Part shown: piece by piece, positions 19,392-32,482 of the stretch
Position numbering within the stretch: position 1 is the first letter of the stretch
Layout: every line of letters begins with the position of its first letter
Assembly: GCA_007280285.1 (NCBI GenBank)
Contig: QYQA01000003.1
Location: forward strand, 1-61,069
Reading direction: 5' to 3'
From: Methylococcus sp.
GTDB taxonomy: Bacteria; Pseudomonadota; Gammaproteobacteria; Methylococcales; Methylococcaceae
DNA: 61,069 nt
Made by a program: the position numbers and the translations under genes
Notes under the pieces: generated by a model
Seen by the model: the letters and a program-made list of their open reading frames with translations, nothing else
What the model was told of the DNA's origin: nothing
The model's database searches: none

Positions 19392-20399
19392 TCAGACAAG
19401 CGGGTCTTGGGTCTTGATGATGGCTCCCTGGCGCCGCGGGGTTCCGATGTGGATGGTGAGCTTACGCGCTTGAGGAAGCGCCTTTTCGCAGGCGGCTTTA
19501 AGCGCCAGAGCACTTTGCTCGTCGGCGACCATACAAAAGCCGGTGGGACCCCAGGAACTTTGACCCACGCCAACGGCCCCTTGCGTTTCTAGAAAGGAGA
19601 GGGTGTCGGCGACATCCTGACTTGCAAACCGACCGCCCTGCGATGGCGCAAAGTGATCTCCCACGGCACGCTGCAATTCACTGACGACATCACCAAATTC
19701 CTGGAGCTGCTGCTCCAGGACGGCAGGAAGCCCCTGCATGAGAAGTCGATGGCAGAGCCTTGCTGCGGCATCTTCTGGGAAGCGAGGTAAGGCACTGAAC
19801 GCGGTGACCTCAGGACTGCCATGAAGGCCCTGATGATGGCGATCTAAGAGGATAAGAAACCGCCAGGCCGGGGGCATCTCGAGCCGGGCGATCACCGGCG
19901 GCACCAAGGTCTTAGGCCCGCGACCACCATCGAGAATCAGCCCGCCTTCGCTGAAGGCGCCAATCCCGATACCCGAACGGGCACCTCGGTGGGTGGCTGT
20001 CGCGATGGCCTCAAGGGAGAGATCGAGACCATGGAGTGCGGCAAGACCCGCGCCCACGGCAAGGGCCATCTGAGTGCCTGAGCCGAGACCTGCGTGATGC
20101 GGTATCGCGTCCACAATCTCGATGCTGGCTGGGAGCTCCCGGCCGAGACTCATGCTCAAGGCGTTGGCGGCTTGCTGGGCTCTGCCGGCATCGGGGCCAG
20201 AGACCTCGAGCCGATCGGCGGGTCGAAGACGGATGCGGGTGACGATCTCCTTAAGGCCCACGCCAAGGCTACCAAATCGCCTGCCGCTGCTGCCACTGAT
20301 GTCGAGAAAGCCCATATGCAGCCGGCCAGGCGCCTCGACCTCAATCGCGGCACCCTGAAGGCGGGCAGGTTTAAAAGGCCCCGTCATCGCTGAGCACAA
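19392..20399 (-). CDS. mptG: Beta-ribofuranosylaminobenzene 5'-phosphate synthase (GHMP-kinase fold)
   Basis: 335 aa: GRLHMGFLD..GS.GR.FGSLG...HAGLGSGTQ. This matches the beta-RFAP synthase family. Confidence 0.85.
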   Translation of the reverse strand: MCSAMTGPFKPARLQGAAIEVEAPGRLHMGFLDISGSSGRRFGSLGVGLKEIVTRIRLRPADRLEVSGPDAGRAQQAANALSMSLGRELPASIEIVDAIPHHAGLGSGTQMALAVGAGLAALHGLDLSLEAIATATHRGARSGIGIGAFSEGGLILDGGRGPKTLVPPVIARLEMPPAWRFLILLDRHHQGLHGSPEVTAFSALPRFPEDAAARLCHRLLMQGLPAVLEQQLQEFGDVVSELQRAVGDHFAPSQGGRFASQDVADTLSFLETQGAVGVGQSSWGPTGFCMVADEQSALALKAACEKALPQARKLTIHIGTPRRQGAIIKTQDPLV

Positions 20400-20450
20400 G
20401 AGGATTCAATCCCCATCCGGGGGGCCTGTTGTTCGGCGGCCCTCAAAGCC

Positions 20451-20954
20451 TCAGCGAATGATACCGCAGGCGATTCTGGCGCCGCCTGGTTGGTCACCGT
20501 AGTTATCGCTTTCAGCATGGATCATCAGCGAGCGCCCCGAGAGGTCCTCAAGGGCCAGTTTCGTTGCAATCACCGGCGCAATTGCTGAGCCATCGCTGGC
20601 GACAATCAGCATGGGGAGATCCCCTTTATGGCCCTCGCCTTCGGGCCCTAAATGCTTCCCCGTGCTGGCTGGATCATAGTGGGGTCCCGCGGCCCACCCG
20701 GCGACGGCGCTCCCTTCCTTGTCAGCCGGTGCGCAGCTGGCCTTGTCATGCACGTGAAAGCCGTGGGGCCCTGGCTTTAGTCCTTTGAGATTCGGGCTGA
20801 ACTTGAGGCCCGATGCCTCCTGGCTGATCGCCACGGTGCCGAGGCTTGGCCCGGTTCCATGAACATCAATGGCGGTGATCTCGGCGGTCATATTTGCCGC
20901 TCTAGCAAGGCAAGGCAGTGACAGCAGTAGCAGTAAGCGAATCATCAGGTGCAT
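20451..20954 (-). CDS. sodC: Periplasmic Cu,Zn superoxide dismutase
   Basis: Signal peptide, then GPHGFHVHDKASC, GHKGDLP and GGARIACGII. Confidence 0.93.
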   Translation of the reverse strand: MHLMIRLLLLLSLPCLARAANMTAEITAIDVHGTGPSLGTVAISQEASGLKFSPNLKGLKPGPHGFHVHDKASCAPADKEGSAVAGWAAGPHYDPASTGKHLGPEGEGHKGDLPMLIVASDGSAIAPVIATKLALEDLSGRSLMIHAESDNYGDQPGGARIACGIIR

Positions 20955-21016
20955 GGGAAGGTCTCCTTCATTCTAAGCAAAAAGGCGCTCGACAATAGCG
21001 ATGCGCAAGGGTTGTT

Positions 21017-21259
21017 TTATTGGATCTGAGCCTCGTATTCCGCCTTATCCTTTTCATAGAGCCGCTGGAGGCTATCGCAGTTGGCTGAACCTGGATGGCG
21101 GACGCTGACACAATCGTTGTATTCCTGCTGGGATTCTTCCATCCGAGTGGCGGCTTCTAAGGCATCGGGCCCACCCACCACGGTTTTGTTGCGGTTCGAG
21201 CATCCCATCTGGGTGATGCCGATGATAAGACTGATTGCAGCAAGGATCAGATATCGCAT
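21017..21259 (-). CDS. Small lipoprotein of unknown function (80 aa)
   Basis: Lipobox ITQMGC at residues 15-20. The mature part is acidic and helical with two further Cys. I recognise no family. Confidence 0.6.
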   Translation of the reverse strand: MRYLILAAISLIIGITQMGCSNRNKTVVGGPDALEAATRMEESQQEYNDCVSVRHPGSANCDSLQRLYEKDKAEYEAQIQ

Positions 21260-21427
21260 GAAGGGCCTTCAAGGTGGGGTGGTTTGCCCCTTAGTCAATC
21301 ACAAGTGGTGCTTCCTGGCAAAGGCTATGCCTCTTTGGTCCTAAGTTTTAGGCTTTTGGCTCGATGTCCCCTTCCCTTGGACTTCCTCATGGCTCAAGTA
21401 GGCGGAGGAACAGGGTTGACTAGGATG

Positions 21428-21450
21428 GAAATTTAAGCCCCGAAGGGCTT
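21428..21450 (-). terminator. Possible terminator hairpin after mnmE
   Basis: On the minus strand: AAGCCC-TTCG-GGGCTT followed by AAATTTCC. The stem is short and the U-tract weak. Confidence 0.35.
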
Positions 21451-21483
21451 TGATGGGCAGGGGGGAACGATGGGGGACCGGAG

Positions 21484-22833
21484 CTATTTTCCGATACAAA
21501 AACTGGCAAAGATTCGGCCCAAAAGATCATCGCTACTGAAATCCCCGGTGATTTCAGAGAGTGCCCGCTGACTGAGTCGCAGCTGCTCTGCGGCGAGGTC
21601 CTGTGACCCTGCCTGACACTCCCTTTGGGCTCCAAGGACCCCTGACAAGGCAGCCTCGAGGGCCTCAAGGTGTCGCCGCCGGGCGGTGAAGCTCCCCTCC
21701 TGCTCCGGTTCGATGCCGAGTTGATCGGCAAGGACCATGAAAAGATCGTCGATGCCGTCGCCGCTTTTGAGAGAAACTCTCACATGGATGCCTTCATCGG
21801 AGATAACCCTGCCCGGGGTTCTCCCGGAGAGATCTATCTTGTTATGGATCAAGATCACGGGAATCCCATCGGGTAACGCATCGATCAGCGCATCATCGGG
21901 CGTCGCCTCGTTATCATCGATGACCAGCAAAATCAGATCGGCCACGGTGATGGCTGCTCGGGTCCTTTGGATCCCCTCCCGTTCAACTGGGTCTGTCGCG
22001 TTGTCCCGAAGCCCCGCGGTATCGATGATATGAAGAGGAATCCCCCCGAGCTGAATGGCTTCTCGGAGAGTGTCTCGGGTGGTGCCGGGGATGGGTGTCA
22101 CAATGGCCCGATCTTCACCGGCGAGCCGATTGAGAAGGCTTGATTTGCCGGCATTGGGGCGACCCGCTAGGACCAAGGTCGCGCCTTCACGCAGGCGTTG
22201 ACCCTTCAGCGCCAGGGATTTGATCGACGTGAGCTGCTGCTCTAAGGCCTTCAGCTGGTCGATCACCTTAGCCTCGGTGAGAAAGTCGATCTCCTCATCA
22301 CTGAAATCGATGGCCGCCTCAATCAGGAGACGGAGCTCAATCAACGCCTCCACCAGCGCATGGATCTGATCTGAAAAGACCCCTTTGAGCGATCTTTGAG
22401 CGGCCCGCGCTGCAGAAGCGGTCGCGCTGTCAATGAGGTCTGCGATCGCTTCGGCTTGTGCAAGGTCGATTTTTCGGTTCAGAAAAGCGCGCTCACTGAA
22501 TTCCCCCGGGCGGGCGAGCCTGCATTCCAGCTGGATCAGTCGTTCCAAGATGAGATCAAGGACCACGGGACTGCCGTGGGCATGAAGCTCAAGGACGTGT
22601 TCGCCGGTAAAGGAATGTGGCGCTGGAAAATAAAGGGCGAGGCCTTGATCGATCGCTTGGCCATGCTGATCGAGAAACCCCCCAAAGGAGGCGTAGCGGG
22701 GTTCTGGTATTTTTCCAAGCAGCGGCGTTAAGAGAGCTGGAACCGCCTCTCCGGATATGCGGATGACACCAATACCACCGCGACCTTGTGGTGTCGCGAT
22801 GGCTGCGATGGTGTCGCCGGAGACGTGCATCAT
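21484..22833 (-). CDS. mnmE: tRNA modification GTPase MnmE (TrmE)
   Basis: DTIAAIATPQGRGGIGVIRISG, G1 motif GRPNAGKSSLLN, DTAG, NKIDL, and the C-terminal CIGK. Confidence 0.96.
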   Translation of the reverse strand: MMHVSGDTIAAIATPQGRGGIGVIRISGEAVPALLTPLLGKIPEPRYASFGGFLDQHGQAIDQGLALYFPAPHSFTGEHVLELHAHGSPVVLDLILERLIQLECRLARPGEFSERAFLNRKIDLAQAEAIADLIDSATASAARAAQRSLKGVFSDQIHALVEALIELRLLIEAAIDFSDEEIDFLTEAKVIDQLKALEQQLTSIKSLALKGQRLREGATLVLAGRPNAGKSSLLNRLAGEDRAIVTPIPGTTRDTLREAIQLGGIPLHIIDTAGLRDNATDPVEREGIQRTRAAITVADLILLVIDDNEATPDDALIDALPDGIPVILIHNKIDLSGRTPGRVISDEGIHVRVSLKSGDGIDDLFMVLADQLGIEPEQEGSFTARRRHLEALEAALSGVLGAQRECQAGSQDLAAEQLRLSQRALSEITGDFSSDDLLGRIFASFCIGK

Positions 22834-22880
22834 GCCATGATCGGATCAAGCGGCCCCTTGGGGCGACCGGTCAGCCCGAA

Positions 22881-24527
22881 TCAGGCCTTGGCTGCGGTCG
22901 CTGCTTCACCAATGGTCTTGTTGATGTACCACTGCTGGAGGATCGACAACAGGTTGTTGACAACCCAATAGAGCACCAGACCCGAGGGGAAAAAGGCAAA
23001 GAACCCAGTGAACATAACAGGAAAGAACTGCATGATTTTGGCTTGCAGTGGATCTGATGGCGGTGGGCTCAGCCGTTGTTGGATGAACATCGAGACCCCC
23101 ATCAAGAGGGGCAGGATGAAATAAGGGTCTTTCGAGGAGAGATCAGTCAGCCAGCCGATAAAGGGGGCCTGGCGCATCTCGACGGTTTCAATCAGCACCC
23201 AGTAGAGCGAGATAAAGACGGGGATCTGAACCAGGATCGGAAGGCAACCCCCCAGAGGATTGACCTTTTCCTTCCGGTACATTTCCATCATGGCTTGATT
23301 GAGCTTTTGCTTATCCGGACCGAAACGCTCCTTAAGCTCGGCCAGCTTCGGCTGCATCTTCCGCATATTGGCCATCGAGCGGTAACTCGCGGCGGACAGA
23401 CGGAAAAAGAGAGCTTTCAAGGTGACGGTGACCAGAATGATCGCCCAACCCCAGTTATCAAAGATCTTGTGAAACTGCTCGAGGAGCCAGAAGATCGGTT
23501 TGGCGATCAGCGTCAGGGCCCCGTAATCGACGGTCAGGTCAAGCCCTGGGGCCGTGCTTTCAAGCACCCGCTGCAGTTTGGGGCCGGCGAAAAGCTCGGC
23601 CGAGAAGGACTGGCTGGAACCCGGTGGGATCTCCGTCGCTGGGCCATAGGCGCCGATCACAAAATGATTGTCCGCCAGCGCTTTGGTGTAGAACCCGGTC
23701 TCCTCACCGACCTTCGGTATCCACGCGGCGGCAAAATAATGCTGAATCATGGCGACCCAGCCATCCTTACCGGTCTTTTCGAGGTTTTCCCCGGCCATAT
23801 CCTTGAAGCTGATTTTTTTGTATTTCTCTTCTGGCGTGAAAAGAACCGCACCGGTATAGGTTCTGACAAACTGATCCTTGTTTTTATCGCCAGGATCTTT
23901 TCGCTGCAGCTGAAGGTACTGTCTTCCAGTCCATGGCGTGCTGCTTTGGTTGTCGACCGTCTGCTCGAGAGCGATGTCATAGCTGCCGCGCTTCAACACA
24001 TAGGTCTTGGTGACCGTGACACCGAGGCCATTGGTCCAGGTGAGTGGAATCCGCAGTTCGTTCTCCCCCTTAGCGAGGGTGAAGGAGGTTCCTTTTGTCT
24101 GCCAGGTCGAGTGGTGCGTTGGGGCTTGGTTCTCGGCCCCGATGAATCCATTCTGAGAGATAAAGACCAGATCTTCATCGGTGAAGAGCCTCACGGGCTT
24201 GTCTGGGTTTTCCTTCGCTTCCGGATATTGAAGGAGTTCGAGAACACGGATATCGCCGCCTTCACTATCAAGCTCCATCCGAACGACGTCGCTCGCGACC
24301 GTGATCCGCTCCCGGCTCACCAGCTCTGGGGCCAGCGGGCTGCTGGATGCGCGGCTTTCACTGCTGGCATTAGCAGCAGCGGGGAGATCAGGACTGTCTT
24401 GGCGGGCTTCTGGAGTGGCGCTGGTCGTGATCGGTGGCTTGGGCCCGTAATCCATCTGCCATTGCTGGTACAGCATGACGCTCAGGAAGAAGAAGAACAC
24501 GATCAGTATGAACCTTGCATTATCCAT
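22881..24527 (-). CDS. yidC: Membrane protein insertase YidC
   Basis: 548 aa. N-terminal TM segment, a large periplasmic domain, and a conserved C-terminal core (GWAIILVT...LKERFG.DKQKL...NPLGGCLPILVQIPVF). Confidence 0.96.
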   Translation of the reverse strand: MDNARFILIVFFFFLSVMLYQQWQMDYGPKPPITTSATPEARQDSPDLPAAANASSESRASSSPLAPELVSRERITVASDVVRMELDSEGGDIRVLELLQYPEAKENPDKPVRLFTDEDLVFISQNGFIGAENQAPTHHSTWQTKGTSFTLAKGENELRIPLTWTNGLGVTVTKTYVLKRGSYDIALEQTVDNQSSTPWTGRQYLQLQRKDPGDKNKDQFVRTYTGAVLFTPEEKYKKISFKDMAGENLEKTGKDGWVAMIQHYFAAAWIPKVGEETGFYTKALADNHFVIGAYGPATEIPPGSSQSFSAELFAGPKLQRVLESTAPGLDLTVDYGALTLIAKPIFWLLEQFHKIFDNWGWAIILVTVTLKALFFRLSAASYRSMANMRKMQPKLAELKERFGPDKQKLNQAMMEMYRKEKVNPLGGCLPILVQIPVFISLYWVLIETVEMRQAPFIGWLTDLSSKDPYFILPLLMGVSMFIQQRLSPPPSDPLQAKIMQFFPVMFTGFFAFFPSGLVLYWVVNNLLSILQQWYINKTIGEAATAAKA

Positions 24528-24756
24528 TGGTTATTTCCGGTTTCTTATTGGGTACAGGGTCAAATCCGCCATCGTTCCATGGATGGCATTTAAAGAGCCG
24601 CCTTAGCGTGAGGCCGGTTCCACGAAGGGCGCCGAACCGCTCCAGTGCCGTTAGAGCATAAACCGAACAGGTCGGTTCAAATCGGCAATGTTGACCGACC
24701 CAGGGACTGATCAGGTAGCGGTAGATTCGGATGAGGGCGATGAGTATGGTTTGCAT
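24520..24756 (-). CDS. yidD: Membrane protein insertion efficiency factor YidD
   Basis: LIRIYRYLISPW....CRFEPTCSVYA. It overlaps the yidC start by 8 nt. Confidence 0.9.
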   Translation of the reverse strand: MQTILIALIRIYRYLISPWVGQHCRFEPTCSVYALTALERFGALRGTGLTLRRLFKCHPWNDGGFDPVPNKKPEITNG

Positions 24757-25106
24757 TGCCTCAGCAGATGGGCCCAGTGTTTGCGGAACGAAAGGGCGAG
24801 TGTTTCATAGTCTGCTGTGCTGGCGCCACCGCGTGCCATGACAACAATATCGAGCCCTGCAAGCGCTGCCTGATGGTGTCTGAAGGCTTCTCGGGCCAGA
24901 CGCTTGATTCGGTTCCGGTCCGTCGCATGGCGAATGTTCCGCTTGGAGATGGCGAGCCCTAGGCGTGGCACCTTAAGACCGTTGCTTCTTGCAAGAATCG
25001 TCAGATAGGCGTCAGAGGACTTGGCCGCTTCGGCAAATACCCCCTTGAAAGCAGCCGCGGTTAAGAGGCGGTGCGAGCGGGGGAACCCGAAGCGCGGAAC
25101 CGGCAA
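24711..25106 (-). CDS. rnpA: Ribonuclease P protein component
   Basis: FPRSHRLLTAAAFKGVF...RLGLAISKRNIRHATDRNRIKRLAREAFR is the RNR motif. Start chosen as in-frame TTG 25106, just after the rpmH stop. The start is uncertain; the track ORF extends to 25172, inside rpmH. Confidence 0.85.
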   Translation of the reverse strand: MPVPRFGFPRSHRLLTAAAFKGVFAEAAKSSDAYLTILARSNGLKVPRLGLAISKRNIRHATDRNRIKRLAREAFRHHQAALAGLDIVVMARGGASTADYETLALSFRKHWAHLLRQCKPYSSPSSESTAT

Positions 25107-25110
25107 ATCG

Positions 25111-25245
25111 TCAGACAGCGAGCCGCTTGCGACCCTTTGCCCGACGTGCGTTGATGACCTGACGACCGCCACGGGTCTTCATGCGAGCGCGAAAGCCGTG
25201 TGTACGAGCACGTTTGATCTTGCTGGGCTGGTAAGTTCTTTTCAT
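25111..25245 (-). CDS. rpmH: 50S ribosomal protein L34
   Basis: Too short for the ORF track. My translation: [44 protein letters not shown]. Confidence 0.97.
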   Translation of the reverse strand: MKRTYQPSKIKRARTHGFRARMKTRGGRQVINARRAKGRKRLAV

Positions 25246-25410
25246 GATGGATGCCTTGCAAAACGAAGATACAAAAGAGGCGGAATGCTATAGCACCTTG
25301 GGTTTGTCTGTCAAATATCGGGTCATCCGCAGGATGAGTTATAGTACTGTAACGGCTGCAATGGCCCCTTCGATCAACCTTTTATTACGCCGAGACGCTA
25401 GCCTGTCCCC

Positions 25411-26736
25411 ATGAGCATTATTTGGTCTGAATGCCTGAATCGCCTGGAGGGTGAACTGCCCCCCCAGCAGTTCAATACGTGGATTCGGCCCTTGCAGCCA
25501 CTTGAGGAGGGCACGGTCCTTAAGCTTTTAGCCCCCAACAAGTTTGTCTTAGACTGGATACGCCAGCACTTTCTGGGCCGTATCGAAGAGGTTCTGGCGG
25601 CTCAAAATGATGCAGCACCGATCGTTATGCTCGAAATTGGGAGTCGGCCGGGAGAGCATGAGACACCAAAGGCAAGGGCCCCATCGGTCCGCTCCCCGGC
25701 GGGGCGTAAGGTTTTTCCAAATAACCTCAACCCGAGTTTCAATTTCGGCAACTTTGTTGAGGGGAAATCCAACCAGCTGGCCAAGGCGGCCTCCATGCGG
25801 GTTGCTCAGGATGTGGGCCGCGCTTATAACCCTTTGTTTATTTATGGGGGTGTGGGGCTAGGGAAAACCCATCTGATGCATGCGATCGGCAATGAGATTC
25901 TGAAGGATAATCCGAGCGCCAACATTATTTATCTTCACTCAGAACGGTTCGTATCGGATATGGTGAAGGCGCTGCAGCACAACGCCATCAATGCCTTTAA
26001 AGAGTTTTATCGGACGGTGGATGCGCTCTTGATTGACGACATTCAATTCTTTGCGGGCAAGGAGCGCTCGCAGGAAGAGTTCTTTCATACCTTCAATACC
26101 CTGCTTGAAAACAAGCACCAGATTGTTCTCACCTGTGATCGTTATCCTAAGGAAATCAAAGGTCTTGAGGAGCGCCTCAAATCAAGATTTGGATGGGGTT
26201 TGCCCGTCGCTGTAGAGCCGCCGGATCTTGAAACACGTGTGGCCATCTTGATGAGCAAGGCGCAACAGGCCGGGGTTGAATTGCCTGATGAGGTCGCTTT
26301 CTTAATGGGTAAGCGGATACGATCGAATGTCCGCGAACTCGAAGGCGCCCTGAGACGGGTGATAGCCAATGCGCACTTCACAGGAAAGCCCATTACCCTC
26401 GATTTTGCCCGCGATGCCTTGAAGGATCTAATTGCCCTTCAGGACCGTCTAGTGAATATAGAAAACATTCAAAAGACCGTGGCTGAATACTTTAAAATTC
26501 GGGTCGCGGACCTGTTGTCGGCTAAGCGGACCCGGGCGGTCACCCGTCCTCGCCAGGCGGCGATGGCGCTCGCAAAAGAATTAACCAATCACAGCCTTCC
26601 TGAAATCGGCCAATGGTTTGGTGGACGGGATCACACCACGGTCCTCCATGCTTGCCGAAAGGTGCAGGAGCTGAAGGAAAGCGACAGCAAATTTGCCGAA
26701 GACTATAGCAATCTCAAACGGACGCTCTCCGCTTAA
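25411..26736 (+). CDS. dnaA: Chromosomal replication initiator protein DnaA
   Basis: 441 aa. Walker [22 protein letters not shown], sensor and box VII motifs, and a C-terminal DNA-binding helix ([11 protein letters not shown]). Confidence 0.97.
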   Translation: MSIIWSECLNRLEGELPPQQFNTWIRPLQPLEEGTVLKLLAPNKFVLDWIRQHFLGRIEEVLAAQNDAAPIVMLEIGSRPGEHETPKARAPSVRSPAGRKVFPNNLNPSFNFGNFVEGKSNQLAKAASMRVAQDVGRAYNPLFIYGGVGLGKTHLMHAIGNEILKDNPSANIIYLHSERFVSDMVKALQHNAINAFKEFYRTVDALLIDDIQFFAGKERSQEEFFHTFNTLLENKHQIVLTCDRYPKEIKGLEERLKSRFGWGLPVAVEPPDLETRVAILMSKAQQAGVELPDEVAFLMGKRIRSNVRELEGALRRVIANAHFTGKPITLDFARDALKDLIALQDRLVNIENIQKTVAEYFKIRVADLLSAKRTRAVTRPRQAAMALAKELTNHSLPEIGQWFGGRDHTTVLHACRKVQELKESDSKFAEDYSNLKRTLSA

Positions 26737-26778
26737 AGTGATGGGCGCTCACGTCAAACGTACCCTCAGGACCCCGCC

Positions 26779-27882
26779 ATGAAATTTTCCATTGCACGAG
26801 AGAGTTTTCTCGCACCCCTTTCGCATGTGGCCAGTGTCATTGAAAAAAACCAGATCATCCCGATACTCGCCAACGTGGTTCTCACCGTCAAGGAGGGGTG
26901 GCTTGAGCTGATTGGGTCCGACCAGGAAGTCCAGCTCAAGGCCCGCGTTGAGCTGGCGGCGGCGGAAGACGGCGCGGTGACGGTCCCGGCGCGACGGCTA
27001 CTCGATATTTTTCGACTGTTACCGGATCACAGCCGAGTCAGTTTTGAACTGCGTGACGATCGTCTTCTGATCCGCTCCGGCAGTAGTCGCTTTAATCTCA
27101 TTACGCTTCCGGTGGAGAATTATCCGGCCTTCGATGTGGGGGTACCTGAGCTTGAGGTGAGTGTCGAAACCATCGTCTTCAGCAAAGCGCTCGAGAAAAC
27201 CATTTTTGCCATCGCTCAGCAAGATGTCCGTAACTATCTGAAGGGCCTCCTGATTGACTTTGAGGGTAAAACACTGCGGACAGTGGCCTCCGATGGTCAT
27301 CGGCTCGCCGTCTATCAAGAGGTATTGCCCGAAGCCTTTGGTGTCAATCGACAGATCATTTTGCCGCGGAAGGGGGTCTTGGAGCTCTACCGGCTCCTCG
27401 GGGACGCCGATGACCGACTCATCATCCAGATATCCCCCCATACGGCCCACATCAACCTCGGGTCCGTGACGTTTTCATCCAAACTGATCGAGGGCCGCTA
27501 TCCTGACTACCAGAAAGTGATGCCCGACCCTCCCTTGATGACCTATATCGCGGCGCGCGATGAGTTTAAGGGCGCTCTGAGTCGTGTTGCCCTGATGACC
27601 AGTGAAAAACAGAAATGCATCGGTCTTGAGGTCGGCGCTGACGGTGATATGGTGCTCAAGGGCTTTAACCAGGAACAGGATGAAGCCGAGGAGCGATTGA
27701 CGGTGGATGCCGATGGGGGCTCGGTATCCGTAGGATTCAATGCGGCCTACCTGATGGATGTCATCAACCACATTGATTCGAAGGATCTCAGGCTCTCCTT
27801 TACCTCCTCTGCGACCAGCTGTCTGGTGGAGGATCTCCTCGATACCCGTTTCCGTTATGTCGTTATGCCCATGCGGCTATAG
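26779..27882 (+). CDS. dnaN: DNA polymerase III beta sliding clamp
   Basis: 367 aa: MKFSIARESFLAPLSHV...NQIIPILANV...ends YVVMPMRL. Confidence 0.96.
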   Translation: MKFSIARESFLAPLSHVASVIEKNQIIPILANVVLTVKEGWLELIGSDQEVQLKARVELAAAEDGAVTVPARRLLDIFRLLPDHSRVSFELRDDRLLIRSGSSRFNLITLPVENYPAFDVGVPELEVSVETIVFSKALEKTIFAIAQQDVRNYLKGLLIDFEGKTLRTVASDGHRLAVYQEVLPEAFGVNRQIILPRKGVLELYRLLGDADDRLIIQISPHTAHINLGSVTFSSKLIEGRYPDYQKVMPDPPLMTYIAARDEFKGALSRVALMTSEKQKCIGLEVGADGDMVLKGFNQEQDEAEERLTVDADGGSVSVGFNAAYLMDVINHIDSKDLRLSFTSSATSCLVEDLLDTRFRYVVMPMRL

Positions 27883-27921
27883 GTTTCTAGCCCTCGCCCA
27901 CGAGCTTAGAGTCCTTTTTCG

Positions 27922-31426
<3,505 letters not shown>

Positions 31427-31474
31427 TCGGTGCCCAGGGTGGCCTTCTAGGCTGGCTGACCCTCTGGGGACGCG

Positions 31475-32320
31475 ATGATTTCCTACAACCCCAAATCCTG
31501 GTGGGGCCTGATCTTCAAGTTCCATAAAAGTGACACCTTCAGAAGGCTGTTGCCTAACATGGTGATCATCTCGGTATATGTGCTCGGCATCGCCTATCTC
31601 CATCAGGCCGTCTTTCAAGGCTACTTGGCCTTCACCCCAGTGATCCACTCGTTGCTGGGGTTTGTGATTTCCTTGTTGCTGGTCTTTAGAACGAATACGG
31701 CCTATGAGCGGTGGTGGGAGGCCCGGCGTTTTTGGGGGCAGCTGACCAATGTCTCGCGAAATATCGCCCTGAAGTTAGATGCGGTTCTTCCTGGCGCCCA
31801 CGCTTCAAGGGCCCTGCTCTCGAGCCACCTGACCCGCTTCCCAAGGGCCCTGGCCCATCATCTCCGCGATCTCCCTTATGAAACGGGGTCGACGATACAA
31901 CATGCCCCATCGGCGGTGACCGCAGCGATCTATCGTGAGCTGTCAAGCCTTCGGCGCCGGGGTGAATTGGGCCTTGAGGACATCCTCTTCCTTGATGCCA
32001 CCCTCTCCCAGCTCCCTGAGATCTGTGGTGGTTGCGAGCGCATCAAGAAAACGCCGATACCCTATTCCTATCACCTCTTCATCAAGAAATTCATCTTCGC
32101 CTATATCGTTTCTTTGCCCTTTCTCTTTGTCTCTGAATTTGGCTATTGGACCGCACTCTTTGCCACCTTTCTTTTTTATGTGCTGGGTAGCCTCGAGATC
32201 CTCGCCGAGGAGGTAGAAAACCCTTTTGGCACCGACGCCAATGACCTTCCTTTGGACGATTTTTCTGTCACCATTCGGGTCAGCGTCGAGGAGATCCTTC
32301 TTTCCGGCAACCGCGCTTGA
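31475..32320 (+). CDS. Bestrophin-family (YneE/UPF0187) anion channel
   Basis: 281 aa: FRTNTAYERWWEARRFWGQL..NVSRN, plus RFPRALAHHLR and PIPYSY motifs. Confidence 0.85.
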   Translation: MISYNPKSWWGLIFKFHKSDTFRRLLPNMVIISVYVLGIAYLHQAVFQGYLAFTPVIHSLLGFVISLLLVFRTNTAYERWWEARRFWGQLTNVSRNIALKLDAVLPGAHASRALLSSHLTRFPRALAHHLRDLPYETGSTIQHAPSAVTAAIYRELSSLRRRGELGLEDILFLDATLSQLPEICGGCERIKKTPIPYSYHLFIKKFIFAYIVSLPFLFVSEFGYWTALFATFLFYVLGSLEILAEEVENPFGTDANDLPLDDFSVTIRVSVEEILLSGNRA

Positions 32321-32438
32321 GGAAAGCTCATGCGGCCAGGGATTGAGGCGATCCGAGAGGGTCATGGCAGGGCCTTATTCCAATAGATCTCTTCGCTGAA
32401 TAAGCCCTTAAAAGTAAACGCCGGAGCCTAAGACGGGT

Positions 32439-32447
32439 TGATATAAT
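32439..32447 (+). promoter_or_regulatory. Extended -10 promoter element (TGaTATAAT) for the DHPS-like/DUF447/mfnB operon
   Basis: TG at 32439-40 and TATAAT at 32442-47. No good -35 element. The predicted TSS is about 32453-32455. Confidence 0.5.
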
Positions 32448-32482
32448 CGCTGATGCAGTGCACCTCAGGTAATGGCTCCTCT

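Noticed and set aside
19346-19573. An N-terminal 76-codon extension of the Orf17-type ATP-grasp ORF, overlapping the 3' end of mptG by 182 nt.
   Set aside because: The extension is Arg/Pro/Ser-rich and does not resemble protein. A GTG at 19345 gives the family-typical N-terminus MLLIISCSARML just after the mptG stop.
23076-24593. A 505-aa ORF antisense to yidC, plus many other long antisense ORFs. Examples: 6470-7126, 10680-11132, 11505-12047, 13997-14656, 15736-16314, 16524-16988, 17442-17849, 18392-18832, 27019-27450, 29351-29914, 31091-31648, 33311-33751, 39168-39710, 45693-46340, 48164-48862, 59065-59628.
   Set aside because: I checked coordinates modulo 3 for each. Every one lies in the antisense frame exactly codon-aligned with the real gene. 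In that frame, stops arise only from the sense codons TTA, CTA and TCA, which are rare in these genes. Their translations are Arg/Pro/Gly-rich and low-complexity, with no recognisable motifs. They are shadow ORFs.
25246-25410. Calling this spacer oriC.
   Set aside because: It has no consensus or 1-mismatch DnaA box, no AT-rich 13-mer-like region and no GATC clustering, and it is only 165 bp long. It is kept as an open question in the findings rather than annotated as a feature.
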